Assembly (NCBI GenBank): GCA_040285825.1
Contig: JAUPSS010000007.1
Coordinates: 2,826,689 to 2,890,688, forward strand
Direction of reading: 5' to 3'
Source of the DNA: Eukaryota sp. TZLM1-RC
Lineage: Eukaryota; Protista; Metamonada: BaSk clade
Length of the DNA: 64,000 nt
Shown here one piece after another: positions 25,594-36,316 of the stretch. Under the pieces are notes generated by a model, which saw only the letters and a list, made by a program, of their open reading frames with translations, did not search any database and had not been told where the DNA came from. The stretch's first letter is position 1; each line of letters begins with the position of its first letter. The position numbers and the translations under genes are program-made.

Positions 25594-26346
25594 CTATTCA
25601 ATCAATTTCTTATCTTTTTTGGATTTCTTTTTGGTCTTTTCCCCTTTACTCTTCTTTCTCCTTCCTTCCTTATCCTTTTTCCTTCTCTTCTTCTTTTCAA
25701 TCACCTCAAATGCTGAATCAGGCAAATACACAGAGGCATCTACCACTGGTGAAGGAGGTGTCACTGCCAACACATTACAGCTAGGCGATGACGGTCTGGG
25801 GGGTAAAAACTTGGGCTGAACATGTTCTTTTGTACTACATGGTTCTGAAATGACTTCTACAGTGGGATTGGGCAGTGGTGATATTGTGATCAGGTGTGTA
25901 AAGGGATGTGAAGTCAGGCATGAGAGTGTTTCATTGGGTACAATGGTATGTAGATCATTGCTATCTAGGACTGCGAATAAGACCTGTAAATTAGACGTAG
26001 CATCTGTAGGGTGGGGTACTGTGAAAGTCTGGGGAGAAGTTGATGAGAAATCAAAAGAAAGAGGTGTTGTGAGTTGTTCTAGAGTTGTGATGTCAATTGG
26101 CTTAGCTAGTCGAAATAAGATTTTGTAGGAGGCATCAGAAAACAAGGAAGACAGTGAACAATCCATTGAAGTTTCAGTGAAATTGGATTCTGGTTGGAAC
26201 CGATCTTCAAGGCGAAGAGGTTTAGGCTCTGTGAGGTCCTTAGGAGTGGTATCAACAACACGTTTACGTTTACTTGCTGAAGAGGATGTCTTGTCTCTTT
26301 TAGAGGAAGTACGCTTGCGTTTTTCCTTCTTGACAGACTCAGTCAT
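25594..26346 (-). CDS. Lys-rich nuclear protein, possibly RNA polymerase I subunit RPA34-like
   Basis: 250-aa ORF from MTESVKKEKRKR with a basic N-terminus and a KKKRRKKDK...KKSKKDKK tail. The family call rests on architecture only. Confidence 0.45.
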   Translation of the reverse strand: MTESVKKEKRKRTSSKRDKTSSSASKRKRVVDTTPKDLTEPKPLRLEDRFQPESNFTETSMDCSLSSLFSDASYKILFRLAKPIDITTLEQLTTPLSFDFSSTSPQTFTVPHPTDATSNLQVLFAVLDSNDLHTIVPNETLSCLTSHPFTHLITISPLPNPTVEVISEPCSTKEHVQPKFLPPRPSSPSCNVLAVTPPSPVVDASVYLPDSAFEVIEKKKRRKKDKEGRRKKSKGEKTKKKSKKDKKLIE

Positions 26347-26540
26347 TGATGTAGGAGGTAGATGATCAGTTACTATTTTGGAAAAACAATGTCGTACTGG
26401 GTATTTCACTTATTATGCGCTCCCATGTGAAATTCACTCATGTATTCAACTTTCTCAATGTCTACTCACAGACTGTAAGAGACATGTAGCGTCATTTGAC
26501 AAAGATAATCATGATCTTCGTCAATGGGTTACCTCACTTA

Positions 26541-26632
26541 AATACACCTACTGCTTTCACAGAACAAAGCCTCACGACTTGATGTATCTCAGTGGACCTA
26601 CCAAATGCTACTAAGGCATTTGTAGATCGGTC
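26541..26632 (-). ncRNA. Candidate Fanzor omegaRNA scaffold / element right end
   Basis: Minus-strand stems: GATCTACAAATGC/GCATTTGGTAGGTC (13 bp, one bulge, one G-U), and GATACATC/GGTGTATT (8 bp, two G-U) enclosing GCTTT/AAAGC. Lies about 100 nt downstream of the rebuilt Fanzor stop codon. Confidence 0.45.
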
Positions 26633-26730
26633 TCAAAAGTTTCTAAAAAATTAAGAATAAAATAAAAAACTCTAAAAATACAATAAAATTTTTTCGAAAG
26701 TTCTAGTTTCTGTATGCTCAGGCTCCTCAT

Positions 26731-28842
26731 TCATTTCCTCAACAGAGCTTGTGGGCAAATGTATCTTTCCCACCATAATTCCGCTTTCTTCTTAATTTGA
26801 ATATTTTTTTTAAAAAAACTGGAATATTTATTGAGATAAAAATAACCATCTAGAATTCAATATCCTCCAAACAAGCGTCACTATTACTGAACCTACTCAC
26901 AGCATTACGTTCATATTCTACACCAATAGCTAAAAGTGCCTTTGAAATCATTGTTGGAATAGACTTGAAAATGCAAAAAACAATTCTATTTAACCAGAAA
27001 GTGGAGTTCATTGTTTTACCAGACCTATTCAGTAACATTTTTTTAAAATTTTCCAAAAAGTGCAAGCCTGAAGGTCCAATATTGCCAAAAAGAGAAATTG
27101 CAAACGGCACAAACTGATATTTCACATGTTCCACTCTACCTAACTGTGCCAAAGGTTCTTCATATTTTTTTATCTTCTTTTTTTCGGCGTTAGATAACGG
27201 CGAGTCAGCGGAATACACTAAACGAGCAGCAGAATTTTTGCAAACATCCACTGAGACAACGTCTACAACATTGAGAACACCATCGATCCCTGGAGCTACT
27301 AAATCTGCCCTTCTTTTACCAAAGGAATCATCAGTTTGATCTGAAGACAGCTTACGTACTAGTGGCTCAATAAATGCCTCTATATTGAAACTTTTGCACA
27401 TGGCATATAATTGATCACGAACTGAGTCATGAACAAGTGAGCGATAAGTTATGAAATACTTACAGTTTAAAATATGGGAAAGCGTAACAACACTCTTGCA
27501 GCGACAAATTAAATCATTTGGCAATGAACAAGGCCATAGAAAACATCTCAATCTCATTGCAGTGGTCCATTGGTGATCATTAAGTAGAAGGCCGTAAATT
27601 TTGGGAATTTGGGAGATTAAGCAACTTGAGCAACTGTCTTCAAGATCAATCAAAAAGTTTGCAAAAACGGGATTTTTTTCCTTAGCCAAGCTAAGACGTA
27701 CAATATAATCCAAGTTTTCTAAAACTTTCAAAATTTTTTTCTGCAATTTTGCAAAAGTCAATGGTAAGGAGAGCAAGCTTCTTGAAGGAAGTTCCACAAT
27801 ATCAGAGGGGAAACATTTAGCCCAAATATTGGGTGAAAGAGTTTCAATTTCCTGTTGCAAAGAAATAAGATAGGAGCTGCCACAATTTTCAATGAGATGA
27901 ATTTTTTCAGGAAAACGATTCACAAATTCATAAATAAAATTCTTTCCACCTCCAATAAAGGCAGCTTTACAAAGGTAGCTTGACTTATGAAATTCAACAC
28001 CACCAAAATTTGTACCACAAAAAATGTGGCTTCGTAACTGAGATGCATCAATTTCCAATAATTTTGCTAAAAAATTAGTTCTTTGTTCATTAAAAATGCG
28101 ACAGAACTCCAAGGAAATTGATGGTGATGTTGATCTCAAAATATGAGTAAATTTTCCAGAATAACAGATTTTGAGGAAAAAGAATTTCAAATGTTTCTCA
28201 ATATTTAAATTTTCTATTGATTCTAATTCATTTCCAAATTGAGTCAACAGAGTCGAAAGTTGGCATTTGACTTCTTCAATATTTCCGAGATAACAACCCA
28301 AAAAACGAAAACCAGACTGATCATAATTAATAAAGGGGACATTGACATCATTAATGAAAAAATCAATTGGTTCATGGCCAATAATCAAACATTTGGAGAT
28401 ATTCAATAAGAGACCAATATCTTCATAACGCTGTTGAATAAAAGTTGCTATTTGTTTCAGAATTGTAATAGGAGCAATTACAGAAATGTCATCCATATAT
28501 GCTACAATATCTATTTCTGGGAATATTTTTTGCATCGGAAATATCTCTGTCATTTACTATTTGACACTCAATACAAATATGTATCTGCCATGAGCCTGCT
28601 TCAATATTGTCGGCCATACAACAACTGGACAGTTTGCTTGTGTTAAATTCACTGGTTGACAAGTTCTTCACGTTCTTTTGATAACACAACCTTTTTCTGA
28701 AAGCCCTTGCTGATCCATATCGATTAATTTCTCGGCAATGAGAAGGGATATTAGGAGAACCCACAGCAAGGTACAGTTTTTAAGGATGTCCAGCCAGCCT
28801 TTGAAATTTTTTGAGGCGCCCTCGAAACCGTTTCTCTTTGCG
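26731..28842 (-). pseudogene. Fanzor/TnpB-like RNA-guided nuclease relic 1 (C-terminal RuvC-II, Zn ribbon, RuvC-III); pieces 28842..28521 and 26798..26731
   Basis: Rebuilt protein: ...KLYLAVGSPN...RAFRKRL...SEFNTSKLSSCC...WQIHICIECQIVNDRDISDAKNI|QIKKKAELWWERYICPQALLRK*. This matches the TnpB/Fanzor ExxTSKxCxxC...CxxC...DRDxNAAxNI signature. Confidence 0.8.
26810..28520 (-). mobile_element. 5'-truncated CRE-like element, family D, with an uninterrupted ORF, inserted into the Fanzor relic
   Basis: Motifs AYMDD, KICYSGK, CRC..HILNC..HDSVRD, RRADL, EKKKIKKY and FVPFAISLFG; ends CLEDIEF*; 11-bp TSD gaatatttttt at 26799-26809 and 28521-28531. Confidence 0.95.
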
Positions 28843-28844
28843 AT

Positions 28845-29520
28845 TCATTGAACCAAGATTTCCTCTACAAAATCTTGATCTCCTTGTTTTCTCGTCCTTG
28901 CTTCTCTTATTCGATAAAAAACCGAGGCAGTCTATTTATTATAGCAAATTGAATTCGCAACCGCCACAAAAAGACATCAAGTCTCTTCATTGTTTGTGTT
29001 TTCTGAAACCAATCTTTGAAACTCATCCAAAAAATTTCCTGCTTCTACTGATAGTCTTATGTTTGTAGAGAAAGCGGAATCAAAAAAAACTAGTGGTGTT
29101 TTTCTTTCAGTATTAACTTCTTCAATATGTTTATCATATTTTCTATGTTTTTCTTTTGCTTTAAAAACAAGAGCACTCACAAGATTAAGTTTTCTTCTGT
29201 GAACCAAAGTATCATTTGCAACATAACATGAGACAAAGTCAACAATAGCTTCAGAATTATCAATCCAATCACAGTATAAATCACCTCTATGATCAGAACC
29301 AAAATTATGCAATAACAGTGTTTCCTTCAGCAGGGGCTCTGTGATAAACGAGATTCTTGCAGTTTGTGCCATATTGAAAACAGTGTCTCTAACAGCATCA
29401 TGTAATGAAGAACGATAAGTTATCAATTTGGGACACATTTGAGAAAAATTATTCAAATTTGATCTCATATTTATTACAAAAACTTCATTAAAGGCACATA
29501 GACCAATCTTCGTGGCACTT
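28845..29520 (-). mobile_element. Decayed family A fragment
   Basis: KLITYRSSLHDAVRD...CDWIDNSEAIVDF...KEKHRKY. Confidence 0.9.
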
Positions 29521-29764
29521 ACTGTTTTTAAAACAACTGAGTTAAAAATAAGGACCATTGTATTTCAACTCTACATATTTGCTAGAGCATTAACAATTGT
29601 CAATCAATCAGTTGATTGATAACAATGATTGAAAAATGGAGTTCTAAATCAATTTAATTTAAATAGGAGCAGCAACAAGAGCAAACTTTAAATTGAATAA
29701 AACAATACCCAATGATGTGAAGACAACTGGCGAAATTTACAAAAAGAAAACAATCAACACAAAT

Positions 29765-30151
29765 CTATGGTGAAAATGACACAATCTCACGAGTTAGATG
29801 GCTGATCTGTTGACGAAGACTCTCACAAACTTCAGTTCCTTCCCTATGAAGGTTTTTCAGTTCACCTACTTTTGTCGTATACGTTTCCTGTAATTCACCA
29901 AACACTGTAGCATCAGGTTTGTCGGGTATGCTGTCAATGAGATCATCAATTGTTTTAGACTTTGTAACAATTTGATCAACTTTTTCGGTTATAAAGTCTT
30001 CGACATTGAGAGATGTACCCTCTAAACACCCATGTAGAGTACCATCTTCATCAACAGAGGGTGCAAATCTGATGAGATTTCCCACTGAGTCAAGAAATAA
30101 TTCAGAGAGTTTATCAAGTTCATCATAAACAAGATCGATGCTAGAAGTCAT
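29765..30151 (-). CDS. MED21: Mediator subunit 21 (Srb7)
   Basis: LDKLSELFLDSVGNLIRFAP...IVTKSKTIDDLIDSIP plus a C-terminal coiled coil matches the MED21 pattern. Confidence 0.78.
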   Translation of the reverse strand: MTSSIDLVYDELDKLSELFLDSVGNLIRFAPSVDEDGTLHGCLEGTSLNVEDFITEKVDQIVTKSKTIDDLIDSIPDKPDATVFGELQETYTTKVGELKNLHREGTEVCESLRQQISHLTREIVSFSP

Positions 30152-30261
30152 CAATACCCAATTCAAATGGTATTATGAAGAATTGAGGAATTCCAAACAT
30201 TGTGTGAATTCCTCTTTGTGTCTGCGGACCCTCCTCTTGCTACCCCCATTTCCTCTTCTCC

Positions 30262-31233
30262 ATGCCTTCTTCAAGCTCAACTAAATCCATCTCTGAACGT
30301 CTTAACATTTGCCGACGTACTGGTGGCAACAAATACTGCTTTGACTGCGGTAGTATGAATCCCGCCTGGGCTTCCGTCTCCTTGGGTGTCTTTATTTGTA
30401 TCAATTGTTCTGGTTCACACCGTGGCTACGGTGCTAGTATTTCTTTCGTTCGCTCCTGTGACCTTGACGAATGGACTGACGAACAAGTCCGTAAAATGGA
30501 GATTGCCGGAAATGATCGTGGGAAACGCTGTCTAAAAGGCCACAAAGACGCTTTCCGTAGAAGAGATGTACTATCTCGCTTATACCGCAGCAAAGAATGG
30601 CAACAGTATGCTCATCAGCTCAAACGAGAGGTCCAAACAGGCCGTGTGCAGTGTCCTGAACCAGAAGATAACGAGGAAGAAGAGCCTCCGCAACCAGAAA
30701 TTCACCAACCTCAACCCATAGAAGAAGATCTTTCAGAACTGAGCCTGTCTGATCGTTCTTCTCCTAACCTGTGCTCCCCTGCTAACCCCAAGACAAAAAC
30801 AAGGAAGAAGAGGAGTAAGCATTCTAGACTGGGTGGAGAAAAACTGGATGTTACAGACGATTTCGATGCATGGCTCAGCAAGGGTGCAGGTAAGGATACT
30901 TCTTCATATGAAGCAAAGAGAAATCAACGTGAACGCTTGCGTACAACTTCTCCACGTACTTCTTCTCCTGGACTACACTCTTCGCAAACCTCATCCCCCA
31001 GAACTGCCTCTCCGTCAATGGACTATGGAATCGGGTCGAATGGAGGTATAGGTTCCCGATCTGTCAATTCCTCCACTAATGGTGATTTGTCTGTGGCCTT
31101 TAAGGAAAAATGGGATTGGTTGAGGTCCAATACGGCAAAGGGATTTTCAAGGGCTGCAGAAGCTACTCAGCAGTTTTATAAATCCAGTTCAGAGGTTATT
31201 TCAGAAAAGGTTCGCGATATTAGAAATAGATAG
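30262..31233 (+). CDS. ArfGAP domain protein
   Basis: [32 protein letters not shown]...[10 protein letters not shown]...GN. Confidence 0.95.
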   Translation: MPSSSSTKSISERLNICRRTGGNKYCFDCGSMNPAWASVSLGVFICINCSGSHRGYGASISFVRSCDLDEWTDEQVRKMEIAGNDRGKRCLKGHKDAFRRRDVLSRLYRSKEWQQYAHQLKREVQTGRVQCPEPEDNEEEEPPQPEIHQPQPIEEDLSELSLSDRSSPNLCSPANPKTKTRKKRSKHSRLGGEKLDVTDDFDAWLSKGAGKDTSSYEAKRNQRERLRTTSPRTSSPGLHSSQTSSPRTASPSMDYGIGSNGGIGSRSVNSSTNGDLSVAFKEKWDWLRSNTAKGFSRAAEATQQFYKSSSEVISEKVRDIRNR

Positions 31234-31599
31234 GATTTTTGGGGGTTTAATGATTTGTTTTTTATTATTATTATTATTATTATTATTTTTAGTTAATTGA
31301 TTTAAATATTTATTCTTTTTGTTTTGTATTACATATGTTTGAATTCGAATATAATTGTTCCTTTTTATTGAGTTCTTTCGCTGAAGAAACTTGGCATCTC
31401 AGATACAATAGTCCAAAGAAAAGATGCTCCATTAGCTTCAAATATAAAGGAAGTCTATTGCGTGATTTTGTTGTTGTCGTTGATGCGGGATATTTGCTTT
31501 ATTAATAATGATTTTTGAGTGAAATTCCGAAACAATAAAACTTCTCCACATTGCTAAATCTTACATCTTTATCAAATATTACAATAGCTTTATTTCTTC

Positions 31600-31912
31600 A
31601 TGTCTGTCGATCCAGCATCTGTCTCTGAGGTAATGCCACTTGAGCTTCTCGATAAGGCTACTGGTTCGGCTGTTCTAGTTCTGCTCAAGTCGAATCAAGA
31701 ATATCAAGGAACCCTTGTAGGTTTTGATCAATTTACAAGCATGTTGTCTTTCTACAGCTAACACCAGATCTCATATTAGAGAATGTAACAGAACGGTATG
31801 CATTTACATCACTAACTCTAGCAAGTTTGACGAAGATGGCAGCACTACAGAAATCAGTCATAAGAAGATGTTGTTGAATGGTGCACATATCGGAAGTATA
31901 ATACCTCAGTAA
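31600..31912 (+). CDS. LSM5: U6 snRNA-associated Sm-like protein LSm5; join(31600..31738,31768..31795,31822..31912); missed by the ORF track
   Basis: Spliced product MSVDPASVSEVMPLELLDKATGSAVLVLLKSNQEYQGTLVGFDQFTNLILENVTERKFDEDG...MLLNGAHIGSIIPQ carries the PLEL.DK, GTLVGFD..N and LLNG motifs. Confidence 0.9.
31739..31767 (+). other. 29-nt GC-AG intron (LSM5 intron 1)
   Basis: GCATGT...CTAACACCAG; removal restores the invariant Sm1 Asn (FDQFT-N-LIL). Confidence 0.85.
31796..31821 (+). other. 26-nt intron (LSM5 intron 2)
   Basis: GTATGC...CTAACTCTAG; restores the frame into the Sm2 motif. Confidence 0.88.
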
Positions 31913-32188
31913 CAGTTTCAGCTTGTTTTTGTTGTTTTATTTTTTTACTTCTTAATTTATGTTTAATAGTAATCATCAGACACATGATCTTTTTCTTCAT
32001 ACAGCTTTCGTTTGCTTATAAATCGACATTATTAATTTCAATTTTTAGAATTAGTTGTTTAAAAAGATTACAAACAGATATTCAGCAAAAATTTCAATCA
32101 AAAAAAGCTCGTATAAGGTGTGCTTCAACGGCATCTGAAATGTGCAATTGTTTTTTTAATACTGTTTTTGATTGAAATACAATTCTGT

Positions 32189-33945
32189 CTAGTATTCAAT
32201 ATCCTCCAAACTAGCATCACTTTTACTAAACCTACTCACAGCATATCGTTCATATTCGACACCAATAGCTAACAGTGCCTTAGAAATCATTGTTGGAACA
32301 TCCACAACGTTTAGAACACCATCGATCCCTGGAGTTTCTAAATCTGCCCTTCTTTTACCAAAGGAATCATCGGTTTGATCTGGAGATAGCTTAAGAACTA
32401 AACGTTCAATAAATGCCTCTATATTGAAACTTTTGCAGAAATGCAATTTTTAAGTTTTCTGAAAGATTTGCTGATTGGGAAGATTGATTAATGACAACGC
32501 AAAATTTCACTGTTTTTGCATTAAATGAAGAAATTTCAAAAATTGATGTAGAAAATTGGAGTCGATGCTTTTCCAAATCATTCAATGGCAATATTCCAGA
32601 AAAGAATGTTTTAAATTTGAAGTACACTCTTCGAACATTACAATAACGATTGACTGGAATGTATGAAAATGATCTTTATAATAATATATGCAGCTCGGCT
32701 GTTTTAAATCAAGATCTTCACTCATTGTTATTGGAAAGGGGTGTTTGTGAAAATAGGTCATCAGAGTCTTCACTTTTTGTAGCCATTGTACCACGAAGAT
32801 TTGCATTGTGTGCCACTAATGAAGCATTTGTAACAAAAATGAGATTATATTTGTATATCCCCATCAATCAAATTATTATCAAAAGAAAAATGTATTTGTT
32901 CGAATTCACCTCAACTCACTTTGCACCATGCTCTGAATTGTTCTAAATTGAAAACTTATCGTTCTGCATTACATGATGCTGTTAGAGACAGAGTTTTCAA
33001 TATGGCACAAACTTTTACTAAAGAGCTTTTGCTGAAGGAAACAATGTCTCTGAATAATTTTGGTTCTGATGATAGAGGTGATGTATACTGTGATTGGATT
33101 GATAACTCTGAAGCTATTGTTGACTTTGTCTTATGTAGTGTTGCAAATGACACTTTGGTTCACGGATGAAAACTTAATCCTATAAGTGCTCTTGATTTTA
33201 AAGCAAAAGAAAAACATAGAAAATATGATAAAGATATCGAAGAAGCTAATGCTGGTAGAAATACACAGCTAGTTTTCATTGTTTTCCCATTTTCGATAAA
33301 CAGAAGACTATCAGTAGAACAAGAAACTTTTTTGAATGACTTCAAAAAATGGTTCAAGAAAAAGCAATGAAAAGATTTGATTTTTTATGGCGTTCTCGGA
33401 TTCACTTTGCCATTATCAATAGATTACCTCGTTTTTTCAATCGAATAAGAGAAGCTTTAGCCAGACAGCAAACAGATCAAGATTTTGTAGAGGAAATCTT
33501 GGTTCAATGATATTCGTCCCATTAGTTATGACTCAATTTAATTAAGTGTGCATGTTCAATAAATATTTTCATTGGTCCGATTTCTGAATCAGTGGATTAG
33601 TGGTTTTACCTCGTGTGCTTTTGTTCTCAATCAATATTAATTAACTTTTGCACATGGCATATAATTGATCACGAACTGAGTCATGAACAATTGAGCGATA
33701 ACTTATAAAATATTTGCAGTTTAAAATATGGGAAAGCGTAACCACACTCTTACAGCGACAAATTAAATCGTTCTGTAACGAACAAGGCCATAAGAAATAT
33801 CTCATTCTCACTGCAGTGGTCCATTGGTGATCACTAAATAGAAGGCCGTAATGTTGGCAATTTGGGAGATTAGGCAATTTGAGCAACTGTCTTCAAGATC
33901 AATCAAAAAGTTTGCAATCAAGGGATTTTTAGCCAAACTAAGACA
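32189..33945 (-). mobile_element. Decayed family D copy (32189-32437 and 33643-33945) with an internal deletion, interrupted by family A DNA
   Basis: Similar to 26850-27700; continuity restored across the 10-bp duplication aacttttgca at 32428-32437 and 33643-33652. Confidence 0.85.
32438..33642 (+). mobile_element. Family A 3' half with extra 3' flank
   Basis: MTGMYENDLYNN...; conserved A-family 3' UTR ending near 33563. Confidence 0.9.
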
Positions 33946-34007
33946 TGCGCACACGTGTAATTCTTAAACTAAAATGGAATTTTTGAACCCAAAACAAAGT
34001 GTAAAAT

Positions 34008-34078
34008 TGCGTCAGCCGGGAATCGAACCCGGGTCATCTGCTTGGAAGGCAGGCATACTACCACTGTACTACTAACGC
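34008..34078 (-). tRNA. tRNA-Gly(TCC)
   Basis: GCGTTAG TA GTAC AGTGGTA GTAT G CCTGC CT TCC AA GCAGA TGAC CCGGG TTCGATT CCCGG CTGACGC A, 71 nt. Confidence 0.93.
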
Positions 34079-34144
34079 TTACATTTCCATCTGCCCATCA
34101 CATGTTTAGCCTATAGAATGGACAACATTACCGGTTAACAATTT

Positions 34145-36300
34145 AATGATCTTCTCTTTGATCATCTTCTTCGGTTGATGCAAATTCTGAAACCCTTGAA
34201 AAACTTCAAAAGTTACATCCTCAAGAACATTTCAAGTGCAGAGCCTGATGTTTGTCCTTTTTGGATTGAAAATCCAATTTCTGCAAGTGAATTTCTCAAA
34301 GCTATTCAAAAACTATCAAAAGAAAAAGCTGCAGGCCCATCTGGAATTTCTTTTGATCTGTTAAAAATAGCATGTTCCAGTGCTCCCGAAATTGCTGAAG
34401 ATCTTGCCCATTATTTTCATCAAATGGTTGTTTTGAAAATTAATCTTCCTTTTGATTTACTAGCTGCACGTTTGATTGCTTCAATCAAGCCAGTTGATGG
34501 AATTGAACTTGATGGAATACGCCCAATTGCCGTTGGTGAATCTTTATCTCGTTTGTTAGCATCGATTGTCTTCGATCGTGTCAAAGACAAAGCTTCCAAA
34601 CCTTCGAATCCTCATCAATTTGGAATAAAAACAATCGATGGTGCTTCTGTTGCTGCTCTTGCCTCTGATACTTTTTTAAATGCAGAGGTCAATAACTTTA
34701 TTTTTAATCTTGACTTTACAAATGCTTTTAATTCTGTGAAACGAAAAGCAATTTTTGAAGTAATTAAATCTGATTTTCCTGAGCTATCGAGTTTTTTCTA
34801 CCATTTTTATGGTCAAGAATTAGATTTAATATTTAATTCATTTGGTCTTAAATCATCTTCTGGTGTGAAGCAAGGTGATCCTTTAGGCCCATTATTGTTT
34901 TGTTTAGCTATTCACAAAACAATCAATATCATTAAGCAAAAATACCCTTCTATAAAAATAGTTGCTTATATGGATGATATATCCTTGATTGGTTCATTTA
35001 ATTTACTAATTTTGGTTGCTCAAAAAATTGCCGATTCATATGAAAATATTGGGTTTCATCTTAATGCGAGCAAATGCCTTCTTATTGGCTCTTCTTCTCA
35101 AGCTTTTGTGATAAACGATTCTATTGTCCCTTTTACTAATAAGAGTAGTGATGCTTTCAAGTTCCTTGGTTGTTGGTTAGGAAACGTGCCTCAAATTCAG
35201 AATGAATTAAAAGTTATTTTGGAAAAAATGAAAATTGAACTTGATTCAATTTCTACTTTAGATCTAGAAAAACATATTGAATTTTTCATGCTTAAAATTT
35301 GCTTTACTGGGAGAATAATCCACATTTTGAGATTTTGTGCTCCTTCCATAGCACTAAATTTTTGTCGATCCTTTAATTCATTGAGAACAGAATTTTTTGC
35401 TGATTTATTGGATGTAGAACCAGAAATGTTGAACAATTACTTATTTTCTTCAACAAATTTGGGTGGTATTGGATTAACTAAATCTTCTATTTTGTGTCAA
35501 TCAGTATTTTGGGTGAAGGCAAGAATTTCATTTATGAATTTTCTCGTAGATTTCCTGATGATTCTCATCTGTTAGTTCCCAATTGCAGTTCATCTTTGAA
35601 TAAGTTATCTTGTGAACTTGATAGATTGCCACCACAAATTTGGACCAAATGTTTTCCCCAATCAATTCAAGAAATTCCGAACCGATCTCTTTATAATTTG
35701 CAGTTTTGCTGTAAAAAGCTTCAAATTGTCAAAAAAAATTTGAAAACTTAAAATTGTGATGTTAGACTTGGTTTGGCCAAGAAAAAGAATCCCGCTTTTG
35801 CAAATATTTTACAAGATATGTGAATTCTTCTTCTGCCTTAGTAACAACAATTCCTCAAATTTATGGTACTCTTTTAACTGATTCTGCTTGGACTCTGAAT
35901 ATGAAATTTCGATCCTTTATCTGGCCTGATAATTTACCTCATAATTTAATTTGTAAATGTTCTCGAGAAATTACAATTACTCATTTGTTAAATTGTAAAC
36001 ATTTTATTACTTTTAGAAGCAAGGTTCATGATGCTGTAAGAGACCAGTTATATTGTATGTGTAAGTCTCATAGAATTTAATCCTTTTTGGAACCTCTGTT
36101 GTCAAATCTGTTTGAGATTGTTTTGGCAAAATAGATTTGTGGTTTCTATTTTTATGGGGATGTTGAAGATGGTTTCTGATGCTTTGCTTTCTCTTGGATC
36201 TCACTATAAGAGAGTTGCATTTAGTTTTTGTTTTGGGAGAGATGGATTTTTTAGATGTTGATTTGTAGGTTTTTAATAAATTTTAAATTAATAAAAAAAC
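34145..36300 (+). mobile_element. Decayed CRE-like element, family F (RT + CCHC; most of the RLE deleted)
   Basis: Motifs KAAGPSG, RPIAVGE, LDFTNAFNS, GVKQGDPLGP, AYMDD and HLLNC..HDAVRD; ends GEMDFLDVDL* at 36268. Confidence 0.92.
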
Positions 36301-36316
36301 AATAAAGGAAAAAAAC

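Noticed and set aside
26378-26614. 78-aa plus-strand ORF or hidden multi-intron gene
   Set aside because: The candidate introns (GTATTC..., GTTACC...) violate the donor consensus and the -7 A rule seen in all eight supported introns. The region is better explained as minus-strand structured RNA.
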